Shown here: positions 1 through 10,421 of the stretch, piece after piece
Layout of the letters: the number at the start of each line of letters is the position of its first letter
How positions within the stretch are numbered: the first letter of the stretch is position 1
DNA from: Spirochaetota bacterium
GTDB lineage: Bacteria; Spirochaetota; UBA4802; JAFGJZ01
Length of the DNA: 64,000 nt
Direction: 5' to 3'
Assembly: GCA_023396615.1 (NCBI GenBank)
Contig: JAEWVM010000009.1
Location: 966 to 64,965, forward strand
The notes under the pieces: generated by a model
Database searches by the model: none
Seen by the model: only the letters and a program-made list of their open reading frames with translations
Told to the model about the DNA's origin: nothing
Translations under genes and position numbers: made by a program

Positions 1-364
1 GCAGAATTTTAGCAGATTCATTTTTAACTTTCTTCTTTTCGGCAGAAACTCCCTGAAGCTCTTTTGCATCAAATGGAGCCCTTATTGTTAGAAAAGCATC
101 GAAATTCTTATAATAATTCAATTCCGTTTCAGAAAGATATTTCAAATCTTCAATCGAAGAATTTTCGAAATACAAGCGTTCTGAATTTCTTAAAGCAATT
201 CTTGTTTCAGGATGAGCACCCCTGGAATAAGCAATTGAACAAAACTCGTTTATCAAATCCTCTGCAAGATATGAAGATCTTATCAGAATCTTTTCATTCT
301 TACCTACCGATAAACAATAATCCGCAAGAAGTGCAGCATAGCGCTTCAAATAATTTTCTTTCAT
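1..364 (-). CDS. Aminopeptidase, M29 (AmpS/aminopeptidase T)-like, N-terminal part; gene runs off the window start
   Basis: Minus-strand ATG at 362-364 overlaps the stop of the upstream gene (ATGA). Translation MKENYLKRYAALLADYCLSVGKNEKILIRSS...AYSRGAHPE resembles M29 aminopeptidase N-termini. No stop before the window edge. Absent from the ORF track because it is truncated. Confidence 0.4.
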   Translation of the reverse strand, partial: MKENYLKRYAALLADYCLSVGKNEKILIRSSYLAEDLINEFCSIAYSRGAHPETRIALRNSERLYFENSSIEDLKYLSETELNYYKNFDAFLTIRAPFDAKELQGVSAEKKKVKNESAKIL

Positions 365-1068
365 CACTTTATCTCATATTTTATTTTTAGATCATTAACA
401 GCACGGAATATTCTATATTCATAAATATTATATATTTCACTAAGTAAAAAAGGCATTTTACGTTTAAAGCTGTTGAACATCGTTGTCGGTGTCGGGGACG
501 AGTAATTCAGTATACCGAAATCATCGGCAATCATTGAAGCTCTTTTCATATGATATGGATCACTGACAATTATTATTGAAGAAATATTTCTGCTTGAAAT
601 AATCGGAAGAGAAAAAAGAAAATTCTCATAAGTATTATTCGAAGCGTTTTCCAGAAGTATGTCACCGGCAGGGATACCGTTTTTAACCAAATAATCCCTC
701 GCTACAACCGCTTCCCCGAAATCTTCAGCGAATTTTTTACCGCCTGTAAGAAGAATATATCTGCAATGCCTCGCACGGTATATATTCATTGCATGATTTA
801 TTCTTTCGCGAAACACCGGTGAAGGGTTTTTGCCGTACGCCGCAGCACCCAAAACAAAAACAGCATCAGCCGAACCTTCAAAATTCACGCGGGAAAATGA
901 AAGAATTTGAAATGCCTGAAAAAAAAGCATGCCAAATATTATGATAAATACAATAATCAGAAAATTTCTAATCTTTTTAATCAAGAGCTTTCCTTCTAAA
1001 AAATGAGATCGAATTACTTCCGTAATCCCGTCGCTTCTCATAATCATAATATTCTGCATCAAATTCAA
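364..1068 (-). CDS. DUF218/YdcF-SanA (ElyC)-like membrane-anchored protein
   Basis: N-terminal TM (FLIIVFIIIFGMLFF) followed by GAAAYGKNPSPVFRERINHAMNIYRARHCRYILLTGG, typical of YdcF/DUF218. The first ~30 codons overlap the rsmD 3' end, so the true start is probably internal (ATG near 1041 or TTG at 982-984). Confidence 0.55.
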   Translation of the reverse strand: MNLMQNIMIMRSDGITEVIRSHFLEGKLLIKKIRNFLIIVFIIIFGMLFFQAFQILSFSRVNFEGSADAVFVLGAAAYGKNPSPVFRERINHAMNIYRARHCRYILLTGGKKFAEDFGEAVVARDYLVKNGIPAGDILLENASNNTYENFLFSLPIISSRNISSIIIVSDPYHMKRASMIADDFGILNYSSPTPTTMFNSFKRKMPFLLSEIYNIYEYRIFRAVNDLKIKYEIK

Positions 1069-1558
1069 TTACATTTTTTCCGAAATGCTGAATGACAGCC
1101 AGTGCCGAAGGATTCAGTACTGCGGATCTTTTTATCTTTTCAAGAATTTGATTATACAATGACACAGGACCTTCAACCTTAATATAAGGCGGATCAATAT
1201 ATATTATATCAAAAATCAATTTATCGCTTGAACATTTATCAAGAAACCGTTCGGCATCAATATTGTGAACAAGTATACCCTCGGAAATATTCATGGAAAT
1301 CATATTCTGTTTCAGTCTCAAAAACCTTTTATGGTCTAATTCGACAGCATGAACTATATTAAATCCCCGACTCCAAGCTTCAAAAGCAATCTGCCCGGAG
1401 CATGAAAAAAGATCGAGAAAAGTTTCATTTTTTTCCATCGCAATTATAGAAAAAAAAGCCTCTTTTATCATTTGAGGAGTGATTTCGGCATTCTGAAATT
1501 TCGCATTTGAAAAATTGACCAATCGGCCTTTGAGTTTCCCGGATATAATACGGATCAT
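977..1558 (-). CDS. rsmD: 16S rRNA (guanine966-N2)-methyltransferase RsmD
   Basis: MIRIISGKLKGRL N-terminus and DPPY motif (IIYIDPPY), typical of RsmD. Confidence 0.8.
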   Translation of the reverse strand: MIRIISGKLKGRLVNFSNAKFQNAEITPQMIKEAFFSIIAMEKNETFLDLFSCSGQIAFEAWSRGFNIVHAVELDHKRFLRLKQNMISMNISEGILVHNIDAERFLDKCSSDKLIFDIIYIDPPYIKVEGPVSLYNQILEKIKRSAVLNPSALAVIQHFGKNVIEFDAEYYDYEKRRDYGSNSISFFRRKALD

Positions 1559-1788
1559 TTTATCGAATCATTAAGCTCTTTCAGAAATGAAACGGAATCA
1601 AGACCGTTATTCACAATGACATGTGCCACAGTATCCTGAACCATTCCCTTGCATGACGGGCACATAAAAGAATACTTCCTGAATACTTCCGAAACAGCTG
1701 GATCAGCCATTATATCTATCAGTTTTGTTTCCGCTGTAATTTTCATTTTTTCCTCTGCAATTAAAAAAAAGGCATGTTCACCGAACAC
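1555..1788 (-). CDS. DUF1858 small redox-disulfide protein (hybrid-cluster-protein-associated family)
   Basis: 77 aa; ...RKYSFMCPSCKG... CxxC motif; 4-nt overlap with rsmD. Confidence 0.5.
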   Translation of the reverse strand: MFGEHAFFLIAEEKMKITAETKLIDIMADPAVSEVFRKYSFMCPSCKGMVQDTVAHVIVNNGLDSVSFLKELNDSIK

Positions 1789-1816
1789 GCCTTTTATCTT
1801 CTATGTCATTAAAAAT

Positions 1817-2269
1817 TTATTTCGACTTAGAAAATTTTTCTTCCATCTTAACAATAAAATCTTTAATAAACGGATCTGTTTCTTTTTCTTTTGCCTGAAG
1901 AAGATTGTTATATGATTCTTTTGAATCAATTCCCAATCTTGCAATCGCAAGTACTATTGTGTAACGCACATCTGAATTATTTTCAGTCAGAATGATCGCT
2001 GAAAGGCTTCTCACAACGGTTTTCTCCCCGATCAAACCTAGTGCACACGCAGACTCGACTTTTATCTCAGAATCTGAAGAAGTTTGAAGCAGATTTAAAA
2101 GCGGAGCAACAGCAGACTTCTCTTTGTTGTTTCCTGACCATTTCGCAGCTTCTATAACTGTCTTTTTATCATCAGAAGAAAGATCGGCTACGTACTCTTT
2201 CGCGGATTTTGCAGCAAAAAGAGCCGCAAACGAAAACATCATAATACCTAAAACAAAAATCTTTTTCAT
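1817..2269 (-). CDS. Secreted HEAT/PBS-lyase-like repeat protein
   Basis: Signal peptide MKKIFVLGIMMFSFAALFA; repeated ...ALGLIGEK... / ...AIARLGID... HEAT-like repeats. Confidence 0.45.
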   Translation of the reverse strand: MKKIFVLGIMMFSFAALFAAKSAKEYVADLSSDDKKTVIEAAKWSGNNKEKSAVAPLLNLLQTSSDSEIKVESACALGLIGEKTVVRSLSAIILTENNSDVRYTIVLAIARLGIDSKESYNNLLQAKEKETDPFIKDFIVKMEEKFSKSK

Positions 2270-2356
2270 TATTTCACCCCAAATAAAAATTGGCTTTTAA
2301 TTATGGGCGGTGGTATTTTATTATGTCAATAATATTAATAGCAGGAAGAATAAAAC

Positions 2357-3991
2357 ATGAGCTTTTTTTCAAAGCATAAATATCTGATTCTAATTGCATT
2401 ATCTGCCGTTTTGCTGAGAATTCCGGCCTATTTTAATGATTATTATGACGTTGATGAGCTTTCTGCAATAGTTCAGACTAAACAGTACTTTTCCGGTCTC
2501 ACACCCGGAATGGATTTCAAAGAAAGCAAGCACCCTCTGTATCACGCTCTGTTTAAAGTCAGTTACGGCATTAATGAAGATTACGGCTGGGTTATACTGC
2601 ATATTCTCGTTTCTTTAATTGTTGCACTTACCGGAGCTGTAATATACAGAACAACCAAGGAAATTACCGATAAATCAAAAACAGCTTTTACCGCAGGAAT
2701 ACTCTATACTATTATGATCTGTTCATTCAACAGATACTTTATGGCTACGAATGGTGAAATTGTATACAATTTGCCCGTATCAGTTGGAGCATTATCGATA
2801 GTGCTTTTTCTAAAAACTGATAAAATGTTAAATAAGATATTATATCTGTTGCTGTTAGCTTCCTCTTCTGCAATAAGTGCAGGAATAAAATTTCACGGTT
2901 TAATTATTTCCATAATCGCGGTTTTCTTTTTTCTGTTTATTCTTCCTTTGAGAGAAGGAAGAATAAACAGAAAATATGCAATAACAATGTTGTCTGTTTT
3001 ATCTGTGTTTATTGCAATTTTTGCAGCAGATTATTTTATTTATGGAAAAATTACACACAAAATTATCAACGATATTTCATCAAAACTTCGATATGCGACT
3101 CTTGTCTACGGATTGGAACCTCTCTCTCTAATTTTAAAATTCATTCACAGACAGGGTTTGCTGACAATTTGGCATCCATTAATCTGGATTTCATTTTTTG
3201 CTTTTACTATAAGTTTTTTCAAAAATAGAGATTTTTTTAAAACTGAAAGAACCCGTTTATTTATAATAATATCGGCAATTATCACCTATCTGATGGTTTT
3301 TGCTGGAGGTAAACGGCTTTATTTTCACTATTTCATGACATCATATCCGTTCATATGCATGGTAAGTTCATTTTATATTGAAGAAAGCCGGAATAAAATA
3401 TCATTTTTCTTCAGAAAACATTTCAAAAAAATATTGCTAATACCTGCTTTTTTCTTTTTCCTTTTTAACGTAAAAGATGTAATCATTAAACATACCGCAC
3501 CAGAATTGTTTATATTTGAATCGAAAGCATCATACTACTTTAGACTTATTGCTCTTGGAACAACCAATGATTACCTTATGCCGGATAAGCTTTACCACAA
3601 CCTTATTGACTATATAAAAGAAAAAACAATGAAAGAAGATAAAATTTTCGTATGGGGTGACGGCGCTTATATTTATTATTTTTCAGACAGACTACCTGCA
3701 GCATATCACATGTGGCCGAAAGGAACTATAGTGGGAATAACTTCAGCATACAAATCTCAAAATAAAATTGAAATGAAACAGGCTATCCATAATGAAAAAG
3801 CTATTATATTCAACATAGAAAAGTATGATGCAAAACTTATTATCGATACATCCGAAGCAGCAACATCTAAAATGGGATCAATATCTCCATTCTCTTACAA
3901 AATGACACCATTAGTGGATAAATACATCAAATCACATTACAAATTTGAGAAAGAAATAGATAAATTTAAAATTTACAGAAAAATAGAATAA
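2357..3991 (+). CDS. GT39/ArnT-like polytopic membrane glycosyltransferase (PMT_2-like) with C-terminal soluble domain
   Basis: About 11 predicted TM helices over 400 aa, then a hydrophilic ~140 aa tail. Architecture of dolichyl/undecaprenyl-phosphate-sugar dependent glycosyltransferases. Confidence 0.5.
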   Translation: MSFFSKHKYLILIALSAVLLRIPAYFNDYYDVDELSAIVQTKQYFSGLTPGMDFKESKHPLYHALFKVSYGINEDYGWVILHILVSLIVALTGAVIYRTTKEITDKSKTAFTAGILYTIMICSFNRYFMATNGEIVYNLPVSVGALSIVLFLKTDKMLNKILYLLLLASSSAISAGIKFHGLIISIIAVFFFLFILPLREGRINRKYAITMLSVLSVFIAIFAADYFIYGKITHKIINDISSKLRYATLVYGLEPLSLILKFIHRQGLLTIWHPLIWISFFAFTISFFKNRDFFKTERTRLFIIISAIITYLMVFAGGKRLYFHYFMTSYPFICMVSSFYIEESRNKISFFFRKHFKKILLIPAFFFFLFNVKDVIIKHTAPELFIFESKASYYFRLIALGTTNDYLMPDKLYHNLIDYIKEKTMKEDKIFVWGDGAYIYYFSDRLPAAYHMWPKGTIVGITSAYKSQNKIEMKQAIHNEKAIIFNIEKYDAKLIIDTSEAATSKMGSISPFSYKMTPLVDKYIKSHYKFEKEIDKFKIYRKIE

Positions 3992-4024
3992 AAAAAAGCC
4001 CTTGATAAGAAGGGCTTTTTTTTA
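3990..4024. terminator. Bidirectional rho-independent terminator between convergent genes
   Basis: A-run, GCCCTT-GATAAG-AAGGGC hairpin (3998-4015), then T9. Confidence 0.75.
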
Positions 4025-4636
4025 TTATTTCTGGATGTCTATAATCTCTTCCTTTTTAGCCTCAGCTTCTTTTATTTTTTCTTCTTTTGTCTTCTTTACT
4101 TTATAACGATCTGTATTTAAGGTAGCCAGACGGAATTCATAAGCGGAGAAATTAATAGAACGCTCAATTACACCTTTATTGTAATTCTGCAGTTCTGAGG
4201 GTTTTCCCAGAATACTTCCACGGTAATCTCTGATAAAAACCTTATCGAATATTTTTTTCTCTCCGGCTTTTACTTCAAATTTAACTTTATTCATTAGTTC
4301 TTCATTAAACATCCCGACTTTAAACACCGTTCCATCTTGACGTACAACGGCTACAACTGTATAAATTCCCGGTTCATAATTTATTACGATATTTCCGTCC
4401 TCATCTTTTATCTCTGATGGAACAACAACTCCCTTTTTTAGATCATTAGCGCCATCCAGCTTCTTGAAATATATACGCTTAGGCGCGAATTGAAGTCGTG
4501 TATCCTCATCTTCGATAAGAAATGTCCCGCCGAAGACCATTTTTGATGATAGATCAAACTCGCGTACATTCTTTGAACAAGAAAAAATCAGCAAAGGCAT
4601 AATAAAAACCAAAAGCTTCTTCATAATTTTCCTCAC
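4025..4636 (-). CDS. Lipoprotein, unknown function
   Basis: Lipobox LLIFSCS after a basic N-terminus; lysine-rich C-terminus. Confidence 0.5.
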   Translation of the reverse strand: MRKIMKKLLVFIMPLLIFSCSKNVREFDLSSKMVFGGTFLIEDEDTRLQFAPKRIYFKKLDGANDLKKGVVVPSEIKDEDGNIVINYEPGIYTVVAVVRQDGTVFKVGMFNEELMNKVKFEVKAGEKKIFDKVFIRDYRGSILGKPSELQNYNKGVIERSINFSAYEFRLATLNTDRYKVKKTKEEKIKEAEAKKEEIIDIQK

Positions 4637-4731
4637 ATTAAATATTAATTGTCAGAATCAGATGCATCAAGCAATTAGTAAACCAATTATTAAAAAGCAA
4701 AGTTCCGATTAATTCCCAAAAAAATCAGAAA

Positions 4732-5832
4732 TCAATAAAACTGTCTCATTTCTCCCTTCAGGGATTCGCCGCTGATATCTGCAAATTCTTTTAGCAGCTC
4801 TTTTTGTCTTGCATTAATCTTTTTAGGAACAGTTACATTTATCCTTACTAATAAATCTCCTTTTCCATGCGAACCGATGTAAGGCATTCCGCTTCCGCGA
4901 AGCCGGAATATCTGATTATTCTCGGTTCCTTGCGGAATTTTCATTTTCAGTGTCTGATTATAAATTGTAGGAACTTCTATATCGCCGCCGATGACCGCAA
5001 GAGGAAAGGAAATATCGACCGTACATACCAGATCATTTCCGCTTCTTTCAAAATATTTATGCTTTTTAACATGAATCAGGACATAAAGATCTCCCGGGAT
5101 TCCTCCCCCCTGAGCGTGTTCTCCTTCGCCCGTTATCTTCAAGCGTGAACCCGATTCAACACCCGCCGGAATTTTAATAGTTATTTTGCGTTTCTTAGCA
5201 ATAAGTCCTGTCCCGTTACATGATTTGCACGGTGAAGAAATAATTTTCCCCTGACCATGGCATTTATAGCATGTCTGTGTAACAGAAAAAAATCCCTGAG
5301 CCTGACGAATTTGACCGACTCCGTTACACACCGGACAAGTGATTGGTTTTGAACCGGATGCAGCACCAGTCCCTTCACATGAAGTACATGGTTCGTGACG
5401 CGGAATTTCTATCTGTATTTCTTTGCCGGTTGCAGCCTCTTCAAGTTCTACCGCTAAATCATACTGCAAATCGGATCCGCGTTTCTGACGCTTGCCGCGC
5501 GAAGAAAAACCTGAACCAAAAAAACCTTCAAAAATATCACCGAAATCAAAATCTCCGAAAATATCTGAAAAGTCGCGGTATGCGCCTTTCCCGAAACCGT
5601 CAAAATTACCGACACCTTCATGACCGAACTGATCATACTGCGCCCGTTTTTTAGAGTCTCTCAATACTTCGTATGCTTCGGTGGCTTCCTTGAATTTTTC
5701 TTCAGCCTCGGCATTTCCCTTATTTCTATCCGGATGATATTTTAAAGCAAGCTTACGGTATGCTGATTTGATCTCATCATCGTTAGCACTCTTCGCTACA
5801 CCGAGTATCTCATAGTAATCTCTTTTAGCCAA
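4732..5832 (-). CDS. dnaJ: Chaperone DnaJ
   Basis: J-domain DYYEILGV...HPD, G/F-rich region, four CxxCxGxG zinc-finger repeats. Confidence 0.95.
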   Translation of the reverse strand: MAKRDYYEILGVAKSANDDEIKSAYRKLALKYHPDRNKGNAEAEEKFKEATEAYEVLRDSKKRAQYDQFGHEGVGNFDGFGKGAYRDFSDIFGDFDFGDIFEGFFGSGFSSRGKRQKRGSDLQYDLAVELEEAATGKEIQIEIPRHEPCTSCEGTGAASGSKPITCPVCNGVGQIRQAQGFFSVTQTCYKCHGQGKIISSPCKSCNGTGLIAKKRKITIKIPAGVESGSRLKITGEGEHAQGGGIPGDLYVLIHVKKHKYFERSGNDLVCTVDISFPLAVIGGDIEVPTIYNQTLKMKIPQGTENNQIFRLRGSGMPYIGSHGKGDLLVRINVTVPKKINARQKELLKEFADISGESLKGEMRQFY

Positions 5833-5898
5833 AGTCTTTCTCCATAAAAATGCGAAAACCGCATTTAATTAAACAGGCGGCAAACGCCGCCTGAATGG

Positions 5899-7833
5899 TT
5901 ATTTTTTATCCTCATCAACAACTTCGTAATCCGCATCGTAAACTTTTCCATCATCAGACTTTGAAGCATTCCCTTCAGAAGAAGATCCTGCATCAGCATT
6001 CTGCTGAGCGCCGGAAGTCTGTTGAGCAGATGCAGCTTCTTTGTACATGCGCTCTGCGAACTTATGGCTTGCAGTCTCAAAAGCTGTTTTCGCAGTTTTG
6101 ATTTTTTCTACATCATTAGATTCAAGAGCAGATCTGAGATTGACAATTTCTTTCTCAATCTGTTCTTTTTCAGCTGCTTCAACCTTTGAAGCATTGTCTT
6201 TTAAAAGTTTTTCAACCGAATAAATCATATTGTCAGATTCATTCTTAATCTCAATAAGTTCTTTTGCTTTTTTATCTTCGTCGGCATGAGCCTCAGCATC
6301 TCTAACCATTTTATTGATCTCATCTTCATTCAATCCGCTTGAAGATTCAATTCTTATCTTCTGCTCCTTGCCTGTTCCGAGATCTTTGGCCGAAACATGA
6401 ACAATACCGTTAGCATCAATATCAAAAGTAACTTCAACCTGCGGAACTCCTCTCGGTGCAGGCGGAATATCCGAAAGCTCAAAACGTCCAAGAGTTCTAT
6501 TTTGCGCTGCAAGCTGGCGTTCCCCCTGAAGAACATGAATAGTTACAGCAGGCTGATTGTCAGACGCTGTTGAAAATATCTGACTCTTTCTTGTCGGAAT
6601 GGTTGTGTTTCTTTCGATAAGTTTTGTCATTACACCGCCGAGAGTTTCGATACCGAGAGAAAGAGGTGTAACGTCAAGAAGAAGAACATCATGAACATCT
6701 CCTGCAAGAACTCCGCCCTGGATACCGGCGCCTACCGCTACAACTTCATCAGGATTAACTCCCTTATGAGGTTCTTTGCCGAATATGCGTTTAACAAGTT
6801 CCTGAACAGCAGGAATACGTGTAGAACCGCCGACAAGAATAACTTCATCAATATCAGCAGCAGTGAGACCAGCGTCTCTAAGTGCAAGCTGACAAGGTTC
6901 AGCAGAAGATTCAATAAGATCACCACACATCTGTTCAAATTTTGATCTCGAAAGATTTATTACTAGATGCTTCGGTCCGCTCTGATCAGCTGTCAAAAAC
7001 GGAATATTGATCTCAGTTTCCATTTTATTGGAAAGCTCTATTTTTGCTTTTTCAGCAGATTCCTTAAGACGCTGAAGAGCCATCTTATCCTTGGAAACAT
7101 CGATACCTGTCTGCTTCTTGAATTCATCAATAAGCCACTGCATTATTCTAAGGTCGAAGTCATCGCCGCCGAGATGTGTATTCCCGTTAGTAGATTTTAC
7201 TTCAAATACGCCATCGCCGAGTTCAAGAACAGAAACGTCAAAAGTACCTCCGCCCAAATCGTAAACAACGATCTTATGATTTTTCTTAGCCTTATCAAGA
7301 CCGTATGCCAATGCCGCAGCTGTCGGCTCGTTTATTATACGTTCAACCTCAAGACCGGCAATTTTACCGGCATCTTTTGTTGCCTGACGCTGTGAATCAT
7401 TAAAATAAGCAGGAACCGTTATAACAGCCTTTGTTACGGGTTCACCGAGATAATCTTCGGCAGTCTGCTTCATCTTCTGCAAAATACGTGCAGAAATCTC
7501 CTGAGGCGAAAACTTACCTGAAACGGTTTTCACATTAACGCCGTTCTTGCCGTCATCTTCGATATCATAAGGAACTAGTTTCTTTTCTTCGGTAATTTCC
7601 GAAAACGCACGCCCCATAAATCTTTTTACTGAACGGATTGTATTTTCAGGATTCGTTATAATCTGATTCTTTGCGACCTGACCTACAAGTCTTTCCCCTT
7701 TCTCGGTATACGCAACGATTGAAGGAGTTGTTCTCTGTCCTTCTGAATTCTGAATGACAATCGGCTCACCGCCTACCATTACCGAAACACATGAATTTGT
7801 TGTTCCGAGGTCAATACCGATTATTTTGCTCAT
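5899..7833 (-). CDS. dnaK: Chaperone DnaK (Hsp70)
   Basis: [22 protein letters not shown], and a glutamate/aspartate-rich C-terminus. Confidence 0.97.
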   Translation of the reverse strand: MSKIIGIDLGTTNSCVSVMVGGEPIVIQNSEGQRTTPSIVAYTEKGERLVGQVAKNQIITNPENTIRSVKRFMGRAFSEITEEKKLVPYDIEDDGKNGVNVKTVSGKFSPQEISARILQKMKQTAEDYLGEPVTKAVITVPAYFNDSQRQATKDAGKIAGLEVERIINEPTAAALAYGLDKAKKNHKIVVYDLGGGTFDVSVLELGDGVFEVKSTNGNTHLGGDDFDLRIMQWLIDEFKKQTGIDVSKDKMALQRLKESAEKAKIELSNKMETEINIPFLTADQSGPKHLVINLSRSKFEQMCGDLIESSAEPCQLALRDAGLTAADIDEVILVGGSTRIPAVQELVKRIFGKEPHKGVNPDEVVAVGAGIQGGVLAGDVHDVLLLDVTPLSLGIETLGGVMTKLIERNTTIPTRKSQIFSTASDNQPAVTIHVLQGERQLAAQNRTLGRFELSDIPPAPRGVPQVEVTFDIDANGIVHVSAKDLGTGKEQKIRIESSSGLNEDEINKMVRDAEAHADEDKKAKELIEIKNESDNMIYSVEKLLKDNASKVEAAEKEQIEKEIVNLRSALESNDVEKIKTAKTAFETASHKFAERMYKEAASAQQTSGAQQNADAGSSSEGNASKSDDGKVYDADYEVVDEDKK

Positions 7834-7859
7834 AAAAATCTCCTTAATAGTTTATTTTA

Positions 7860-8489
7860 TCAGTTCTGCTTCGGCATAGGTTTTGAAACCTTTACCTTGG
7901 CGCTTCTTATTACAAAATCTTCAAGCTTATATCCTTTCTGATATACTTTTGTAACGGTGTCTGTATCGATTCCGTCCTGCATATCAATTTCAACAGCTTC
8001 ATGGCAATTCGGATCAAACGGACAATTTTCGGCTTCAATTTCAGAAATAAAATGCTTCTGAAGCAAAGAAGCTATTTCCTTAGCTATAATAACAACTCCT
8101 TCACTGAATGCCTTTTTGACATCTTCAGCAGAGGATTCAGCCGACATAGAATTTGCAGCTTCAACCGTACGGATCAAATCATCATTGATCTTTATTATCT
8201 CTCCCGCAATTCCGACAACAGACATTTTCTTATTTTGTTCTTCTGTCTTCGCGATTCGTTTTCTAAAATTGTCAAAATCGGCCTTGTTTCTAAGGAGAAC
8301 ATCCTTCAAAGATGCAATTTCCTGATCTTTTTTGCACAGTTCAGCCTTAAGCAGCTCGACTTCATTTGAACACGAACACTCGGAATCTGCACAAGCTTCG
8401 TTAGCCGAAGCATCACATCCGTCTTCAGACTGAACGCTTTCAGCTGAATCTTCAATCTTCTCTTCTCTTTCTTTTTCTTCTTTCTTCAT
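7860..8489 (-). CDS. grpE: Nucleotide exchange factor GrpE
   Basis: Coiled-coil N-terminus, ...DFDNFRKR... GrpE signature; position between hrcA and dnaK. Confidence 0.9.
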   Translation of the reverse strand: MKKEEKEREEKIEDSAESVQSEDGCDASANEACADSECSCSNEVELLKAELCKKDQEIASLKDVLLRNKADFDNFRKRIAKTEEQNKKMSVVGIAGEIIKINDDLIRTVEAANSMSAESSAEDVKKAFSEGVVIIAKEIASLLQKHFISEIEAENCPFDPNCHEAVEIDMQDGIDTDTVTKVYQKGYKLEDFVIRSAKVKVSKPMPKQN

Positions 8490-8501
8490 TATCTCACCTT
8501 A

Positions 8502-9533
8502 CTATCTTGATACACTTGAAAGAAAGTTTGTCACAAGCCTGCCCGTATAATCGACAAGAGGAACAACCTTTCTATAATCCATACGGGTCGGGCCTATAAC
8601 TCCCAAAACTCCCGCATTTTTATTTCCAATTTTATAACAACACGCGACAAGACTGCATCCGACGACATAACTGTTATCAATTTCTGAACCTATAAAAGTC
8701 TGAACAGAATCAGAGTCCATAGTCCGCTGCATAATTTCTGCTAAATTTTTCTTTTCTTCGATAAGGCGGAGAAAAGAAGTTAAAACTTCTTTCTCAATCA
8801 TGTCAGGAATATGCAGGATATTTTCAATTCCTTCTATAAAAACATCCTGCTCATTAATCGAATTCATAGCAAGCTCTACAACATCAAGAGATATCTGTTC
8901 GTTTGAACCTGAGTATTTCTGCCTCATCTTGGCAAGTATATCCGTTTTGATGTCAAATATTGAAAAACCGGCAAACTCACTTGATAAAATATTCGAAGTT
9001 GAAAACAATATATCCCTTGTTACTCTTTCTGAAATCGTGATCTTTTTATTTATAACCACACCTGTCCGGGTAACAATAATTAAAAGAACAGTCTCGGGAT
9101 CGATTGAAACAAGTTCCACCTGCTTAACAACAGTAAAATCCGGATTTGGAGTTAAAACAATACCTGCAAGCTTTGAAACAGAAGAAAGCATTTTAGTTAT
9201 CGATATAAACATCTTATCCAAATGCACTTCGCTTCGCATGAAATCATCTCGAATATATCCGTAATCCAGATCACTGATATCGTAAGAATCAGAAAGAAAA
9301 TCAACAAAGTACCTATATCCTGTATCTGTCGGGATTCTTCCAGCTGAAGTATGCGGATGTGTCAGAAAACCCAAAGACTCAAGATCATACATTATGTTTC
9401 TCATAGTTGCAGGAGAAATGGTGAAAGAATATTTTTGAACAAAAGAGCGTGACCCTACTGGTCGCCCAGTAGCGATATATTCCTGTACAATCGATTTTAA
9501 TACTTCCGATTCTCTTTCAGTTACAGCTCTCAT
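8502..9533 (-). CDS. hrcA: Heat-inducible transcription repressor HrcA
   Basis: RAVTERESEVLKSIVQEYIATGRPVGSR winged-helix N-terminus. Likely ATG start at 9533 with AGGTG RBS; the ORF track extends to 9539 via GTG. Confidence 0.9.
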   Translation of the reverse strand: MRAVTERESEVLKSIVQEYIATGRPVGSRSFVQKYSFTISPATMRNIMYDLESLGFLTHPHTSAGRIPTDTGYRYFVDFLSDSYDISDLDYGYIRDDFMRSEVHLDKMFISITKMLSSVSKLAGIVLTPNPDFTVVKQVELVSIDPETVLLIIVTRTGVVINKKITISERVTRDILFSTSNILSSEFAGFSIFDIKTDILAKMRQKYSGSNEQISLDVVELAMNSINEQDVFIEGIENILHIPDMIEKEVLTSFLRLIEEKKNLAEIMQRTMDSDSVQTFIGSEIDNSYVVGCSLVACCYKIGNKNAGVLGVIGPTRMDYRKVVPLVDYTGRLVTNFLSSVSR

Positions 9534-9542
9534 ACACACCTA

Positions 9543-9569
9543 TCAGCACTCAAAATATGGGAGTGCTAA
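9543..9569 (-). promoter_or_regulatory. CIRCE operator (HrcA binding site)
   Basis: Minus strand reads TTAGCACTC-N9-GAGTGCTGA; plus strand is TCAGCACTC-aaaatatgg-GAGTGCTAA. It lies between the -10 and the RBS of hrcA. Confidence 0.85.
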
Positions 9570-9570
9570 C

Positions 9571-9599
9571 AATATAATAAACCCACCCGAGAGCGTCAA
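9571..9599 (-). promoter_or_regulatory. sigma70-type promoter of the hrcA-grpE-dnaK-dnaJ operon
   Basis: Minus strand TTGACG-17 nt-TATATT, immediately followed by CIRCE. Confidence 0.6.
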
Positions 9600-9701
9600 G
9601 TTTTTTAATCAAACCAATTAAAGATTCAATAAAATTTCAAATAACATTAAAAACACAAAAAGATATCTCTTTCTTTTCGTAATATATTCAGAGGAGTATT
9701 T

Positions 9702-10151
9702 ATGAAAAAAATAAAATCGACAGCGCTAATAAACAAAAAAGCTTTTCTTCATATTTCAGATTTATGCCGGAAAAATAGAACTTCAACATCAAAGTTAATA
9801 GAAAGGATATTAATGGAAATGATCAAACTGAAGTTTTCCGCTAACAAGATAAAGACTTTCTCATCCGTAAAATATCAAAATCGCGGAGGAGAATACTCTC
9901 TTATTCATTACAGCGCAGACCCGAGCATATATGAATCATTGCTTGATATCAGAAAAATGGCAAAATCATCTATATCGAGAATGCTGAGCGATTTCATTTT
10001 GAATTTTCTAAAAAATAAACAAAATGCGCAATATTTTCTGATTTTTTTTACTAAGAAATGGGATAGGAATCAAGTGAATTACGTAATAATGTCTCGCTTC
10101 AACATTATTAGTCAAACATTACATATATCAATAACAGCAAAACTCGAATAG
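9702..10151 (+). CDS. Hypothetical protein (possible ribbon-helix-helix-like N-terminus)
   Basis: 149 aa; no recognised domain; RBS GAGGAG upstream of the ATG. Confidence 0.35.
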   Translation: MKKIKSTALINKKAFLHISDLCRKNRTSTSKLIERILMEMIKLKFSANKIKTFSSVKYQNRGGEYSLIHYSADPSIYESLLDIRKMAKSSISRMLSDFILNFLKNKQNAQYFLIFFTKKWDRNQVNYVIMSRFNIISQTLHISITAKLE

Positions 10152-10229
10152 CAAAGCTTATTTTAGGCTAATAAGTTTGATTTGACAAAAATCGACATTT
10201 CAGACTCTCTGTTCTTATGGGGTGATTAT

Positions 10230-10421
10230 ATGAGTATGCCTGGATTCGGAGAATTAGTCGTTATCTTTTTAATAATACTTTTTGTTTTCGGGGCCGGTAA
10301 AATCCCGAGAATTGCCAGAGAAATTGGCTCAGGTATAAGAGACTTCAAAAAGGCAATGAACGGCGACGATTCAAGCGAAACCGAAGAGACGAAAACGAAT
10401 AAAAAAAGCAAAAAAGCATGA
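10230..10421 (+). CDS. tatA: Sec-independent translocase subunit TatA/E
   Basis: MSMPGFGELVVIFLIILFVFGAGKIPRIAREIGSGIRDFKKA: N-terminal TM plus amphipathic helix. GGGTGA RBS before the ATG at 10230; the ORF track starts earlier at 10182. Confidence 0.75.
   Translation: MSMPGFGELVVIFLIILFVFGAGKIPRIAREIGSGIRDFKKAMNGDDSSETEETKTNKKSKKA

Noticed and set aside
64-390. Plus-strand 108-aa ORF at the window start
   Set aside because: It lies antisense to a minus-strand aminopeptidase-like gene that has a coupled ATGA start at 362-364. It has no RBS, and its composition is typical of an antisense frame.
5895-7395. Several 60-140 aa ORFs on both strands inside dnaK (e.g. 6967-7395, 6691-6945, 5865-6080)
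   Set aside because: They are fully embedded in or antisense to a highly conserved dnaK reading frame. They are spurious.
8001-9264. Antisense ORFs within grpE and hrcA (8001-8369, 8116-8325, 8800-9264)
   Set aside because: They are embedded in the opposite strand of well-supported genes, with no start signals.
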